From assembly GCA_905178155.1 (NCBI GenBank), contig CAJINV010000002.1:5017709-5081708 (forward strand): a stretch of DNA of 64,000 nt, in the 5' to 3' direction. Under the pieces are notes generated by a model, which did not search any database, had not been told where the DNA came from, and saw nothing but the letters and a program-made list of their open reading frames with translations. The stretch comes from Amoebophrya sp. A120. Its lineage: Eukaryota > Protista > Dinoflagellata. Shown piece by piece: positions 60,801-64,000 of this stretch. The stretch's first letter is position 1; each line of letters opens with the position of its first letter. The position numbers were made by a program, and so were the translations under genes.

Positions 60801-63800
60801 TCGTGGTTCACTGGTGGTCCACGGAAAACGAGGGGATCAACTGCATCTCGGCGATCGACCAGGTGGACTCGGAGAGCCTGAAGAACTGTCTGGAAGCCAT
60901 CGTGAAAAAGGAGGACGACATTTTCATCAACCACCACCAGAGCTCGAGCTGGTACAGACAGAGACCGGAACAATTCCTTTGTTTTTCTCATCCATGCACA
61001 AGTACTAACTACAACTAGGTACAGACACAGAGCTCCAGCAACCCGCTGCTGTAGCACGAAAGATAAATAAATTTTGCAACTGCAACCAGTTGCCTCGTTG
61101 TATCTACTATTTGTACTTAAATTTATCGCACCACATCATCATCAGAATCTGAAGTATTACTCAAACATTACCTACGTAATATCACGACGATCCAGGTTGT
61201 TCGGCGTTCCAGATGTGATGAAGGACTTCTTCTGTGTGAACCTGTTCTGTGTAGACGAAGCCATCGCGCATCGAAGCGCGGACTTCCTTACGGCCTGCTC
61301 AGGTGGAACTACAGACTCTGGTGGAACAAAAAATTGTGATGCAAAACGCGCGTTGTCATGTCTGTCTAGCTATCATCGAGTGTAGTATCACAAACCTCTG
61401 ACATTCCTCTCCATGTGGAAATCCGCCCCGAAAAATTGTCATGCTGAGCGGGAGAACGAGAAAGCAGAGGATGTTGAGGATGACTATTTTACGCTTTATG
61501 CAACACATTCTTCCAGTTCAGCTTCAGATTATAGTTCCAGCTGAGCGGGGCATATTCCTCCTGCCGGCCTTTGCACTGTTTCCAGACAAGGACTACTGCG
61601 TAATCACACAGCCGCACACGAGCAAGGTAAAACTGAAGTTTTTTTGTTCGTGATCTTCGGTACACAGTGAAAGCTTTTGCATCGTGATTATCTCATGCGA
61701 AAAGAGGTATTTTGTGACAGGCAATGAAGGAGATGATGAAGGGTAACTAAGGGAAAAAAATTTCTACAACGAAAATAAAAAACTGCAGATCACCCCCTTT
61801 CTCCAAGCCTTTAGCATGGTGCCCCCGAAACCATCCAACACCTTCGGCCACGTGTTGTTCGTGTTGCACCGAGCCTGCTGCACAGCGAGCTTAACGCCAA
61901 CGGTCAGGATGCTGGAGGGAGAAGCGGATCTGGACCGGGTGGCGGCGTATCAAACAGGAACTTGGTTTTTACTCGCAACGACATTGGATCGCGGTGCGGG
62001 CTTTATTGCACATAGAAAAACAAGAACAACGATAAGCACATCTTTCGTTGGCAGCAAGCAGCCCATGGAGTTGCAACCGGCTATAAGTGGTCTTTGTGCT
62101 GGGTCGATGTTCTGTCTGCCTTTTTTGCAACACCACAAATTGAATTCTTGTCATTGCTGGCTACTATTTTCTATTTGATACGACGGTTCTGGACGGCATG
62201 GATTTAAAAGATGGGGAGTTTATTGCGAACACGGTAGAAGCGGCTTTACTAGACGACGACGCGCAAACCTTCGTCGTCGAATTTGACAATCAAGTCATCG
62301 GGTAAGTACAAGCGTAAATTTGTTTTTACTTGGTGTCGCAATTATAGGAGTTTGAAACAAGTTGTGCCGGCGGCAATAGAGGTCGCCGTCGGAAGAATCG
62401 CTGTCCGTATGTGGAACAAGGGGCTGCTAAAACAAATTTTGTGTGAGGACAAATAGTGAAAAGTATTCATCAACATCAGGACGAAACAAAGAACACAGTG
62501 ACTTGTTTTCATCTGAGGTGGAAATGCAAATGAATCACAGATGTTGAATTCAATTTATCCGTCTGCAACTACAGCGTCGTCGGGAGCTCCTTGGTGAAAG
62601 ACGACTATTTAGAGACGCTCCGCTGCGTGTACCAAGTAGACCGGGCGGTCAATTCGCCAGAGTACAATTCCTTTGCGTTTGTGGACTTTTTCCTCGTGAA
62701 CCCCATCTTTGACATTTTCCGACGGAAGATCCTCCACCTCTGCCAGCTGATCGCCGGCAACACGGTCTTTTTGTACGAGGCGCCTATCCAGTGCAAATAT
62801 CTGTGTCTGGGTCTGGAAGAAGTGCAGAAGCAAGAGGACAAAGCTTGCTCTAGTTCATGCAACACGTAATTTTCATCGTGTCAACCACCCTGAGCATCAC
62901 AAGTTGCACTGTTCCAGGCCCAGACATCACATTGGCAATGCATAGCGCAGCTCACCACGCAAATCACAGACGACCCGATCGAGGACCATGCGGGCTCCGT
63001 GCACTCCGGCAGCCCACTATGAAAGTGCACAGCGCGCTCTTTTTTCTCATTTGTCATGCAAAATGTCTAAACTTCGTCTTCGACTTCCCATCCGGGCCGT
63101 TTGGCCGTGTTTGCATGACAAGTTCATCTGGCAGCCCAAACTGGACTACAGTCCCGGCTTAGATTTGTCATGCATGAGCTGTTTTTTGGAGGTTGTTTGT
63201 CTTGCAGTTGCTAGACTGCACCGTTCGAAAAATGAGACTGGAGGGGGACTAGTTGTGCACGGTCATATTCCCACACCGAGGGCAAAGGCAGTCCCTTCGA
63301 GGAGGGATCTCTATCCCGGCAGATGTCCAGCGCGGCGCCCTTATGTCAGTGTACAACCACTCCCCGGAGGACTCCTCTCACTTGTATAAAGAACATTCGG
63401 GGAAAAAATAAATGCCGAGTCCAGTCTGAGGTCCAGATAAGTAGGTGGACGGGCTTGCATGTCATGCGGAAGCTGCAGTTTGTATGTCGATAGAAAAATT
63501 GTCCTTCGAACGAAAGGGATTTAGGGGGGATTGATTGTCCATTCTCATATCCCTTTGCCCCGGAGTTGCCGACCGGCATGTCAAAAAAGGAGTTGATTGC
63601 GTTGAAGAAAAAGCAGGAGGTATCCAGGAAAAAAACTGTGTAAGTGTAACTGTGTAGGAAAAGCAGCATCACAAATTACCTTTGCATTACAGGGAAAGTC
63701 TGTCATGCGCAGCTAGTACGTGGAAACACGTATGAAAGTAGCGTATGACGCAGATCCAGCATGACAAGTATAACAGTTTTGCACCTTCCGCATCACAGAT

Positions 63801-64000
63801 TTACACTCACATACTTTTTTTCTTGCATAGGAGGCGGAAGCGGCCGAGGCGGCAAAGGCCGCGAAGAAGGAACTGGATTCCCTGGAGCGAAAGGGCTACA
63901 AGCAACTGGTCGACAAAGACGGCAACCTGCTCCCGCTGTCAACCATAGTCAAGGAAATGACGCCCATTCCACCCAGAAATTCTCCCAGCCTAATGGTCAC
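54888..64000 (+). CDS. CFAP61: Cilia- and flagella-associated protein 61 (5' part; continues off window); 19 introners plus several canonical introns
   Basis: Reassembled exons give IRMAKGEDHDSLV|AVFNQQSEVVTEVYGDFF|LAELMEAQNEENKAIV, NVLAQCFEL|LPYDNL, FCVNLFCVDEAIAHRSADFL|LPAFALFPDKDYCVITQPH and FVVEFDNQVIG, matching conserved CFAP61 N-terminal motifs as I recall them. Confidence 0.85.
54937..55196. mobile_element. Introner F1
   Basis: TIR; TSD GGCGG/GGGAG; also excisable as an in-frame GT-AG intron (54936-55197). Confidence 0.92.
55453..55714. mobile_element. Introner F1
   Basis: TIR; TSD AACCC; interior is the reverse complement of 29080-29340. Confidence 0.94.
56177..56491. mobile_element. 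Introner F2
   Basis: TIR; TSD TGCCG. Confidence 0.94.
56639..56893. mobile_element. Introner F1, diverged
   Basis: TAGGCATCGCAAAGATGTCTGGG / CCAGACCCAAAGATATTTGCCTTTGATA; TSD GGTCG/CACCG; removal in frame. Confidence 0.8.
56952..57176. mobile_element. Introner F1
   Basis: TIR; TSD TCTTT. Confidence 0.93.
57231..57552. mobile_element. Introner F9
   Basis: TIR; TSD CGTCG. Confidence 0.93.
57611..57761. mobile_element. Introner (TATxxAxxGTAAATTTCC TIR, 151 bp)
   Basis: ~33-bp TIR; TSD GCGAC. Confidence 0.9.
57804..58066. mobile_element. Introner F1-like
   Basis: TIR; TSD GTTGT. Confidence 0.9.
58570..58719. mobile_element. Introner F5
   Basis: TIR; TSD CATGA/CACGA; 150 bp, same length as 14194-14343. 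Confidence 0.92.
58766..59018. mobile_element. Introner F3
   Basis: TIR; TSD TCGAA. Confidence 0.94.
59429..59777. mobile_element. Introner F4-like (349 bp)
   Basis: TATCCTGAGTAAAAAGC / GTTTAGACAGGATA; TSD AAGCG. Confidence 0.85.
59821..60099. mobile_element. Introner F4
   Basis: Perfect 32-bp TIR; TSD AAAGG. Confidence 0.95.
60129..60376. mobile_element. Degenerate introner
   Basis: TAT...ATA ends; TSD CCCGA/TCCGA; weak TIR; joins DVSP|MQGSND. Confidence 0.65.
61289..61554. mobile_element. Introner (F3-related TIR)
   Basis: TACGGCCTGCTCAGGTGGAACTA / TAGTTCCAGCTGAGCGGGGCATA; TSD TTCCT. Confidence 0.88.
61948..62180. mobile_element. Introner, diverged
   Basis: TATCAAACAGGAA / TTTCTATTTGATA; TSD CGGCG/CGACG; removal in frame. 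Confidence 0.75.
62785..62944. mobile_element. Introner F1-like, short
   Basis: TGTCTGGGTCTGGAA / TTCCAGGCCCAGACA core; TSD GCGCC/GCGCA. Confidence 0.85.
63018..63267. mobile_element. Introner F6
   Basis: TATGAAAGTGCACA / TGTGCACGGTCATA; TSD eroded (CCCAC/TTCCC); removal plus 5 nt is in frame. Confidence 0.82.
63342..63549. mobile_element. Introner F6-like, diverged
   Basis: TAT...ATA ends with weak TIR; TSD GCCCT/TCCCT; joins SAAP|FAPELP. Confidence 0.75.
63621..63829. mobile_element. Introner F8
   Basis: TIR; TSD GGAGG; joins KKQE|AEAAEA. Confidence 0.92.

Noticed and set aside
250-63829. CRISPR-like repeat/spacer array
   Set aside because: The repeats are inverted pairs dispersed in eukaryotic genes with TSDs; there is no regular direct-repeat array and no cas genes.
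245-63834. Hypothesis that every TSD supplies a G to complete a GT or AG splice site
   Set aside because: 17 of 44 clear copies have neither (e.g. TCTCC, ATCAA, AACCC, TCTTT in transcript sense).

Overview
Gene-dense eukaryotic protist DNA. Its architecture closely matches the parasitic dinoflagellate Amoebophrya (Syndiniales); this is inferred from intron structure, not from a database hit. All genes left of ~20 kb are on the minus strand and all genes right of ~23.8 kb are on the plus strand, giving one divergent strand switch. Recognisable genes are an SDR, a MFSD5/MOT2-type MFS transporter, a cationic amino-acid (APC) transporter, an alpha2delta/CACHD1-like VWA membrane protein, SmG, TATDN1 and CFAP61 (5' part), plus several hypothetical proteins. 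The dominant feature is about 46 short (150-349 bp) non-autonomous TIR elements ('introners') from at least 10 families. All sit inside coding sequence, nearly all have TA...TA termini, and they are flanked by 5-bp target-site duplications (TSDs). Removing an element plus one TSD copy restores the reading frame at every junction I translated, usually without a GT-AG pair. Unrelated families share a terminal grammar and a repeated internal TGT[C/G/A]ATGC motif. The strand-switch region holds a degenerate minisatellite and a rearranged LTR-retrotransposon fragment (tRNA-His-like PBS, gag-like ORF, two perfect inverted repeats). Three very GC-rich intergenic islands look like decayed insertions. 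Coordinates were counted by hand and may be off by 1-2 nt.
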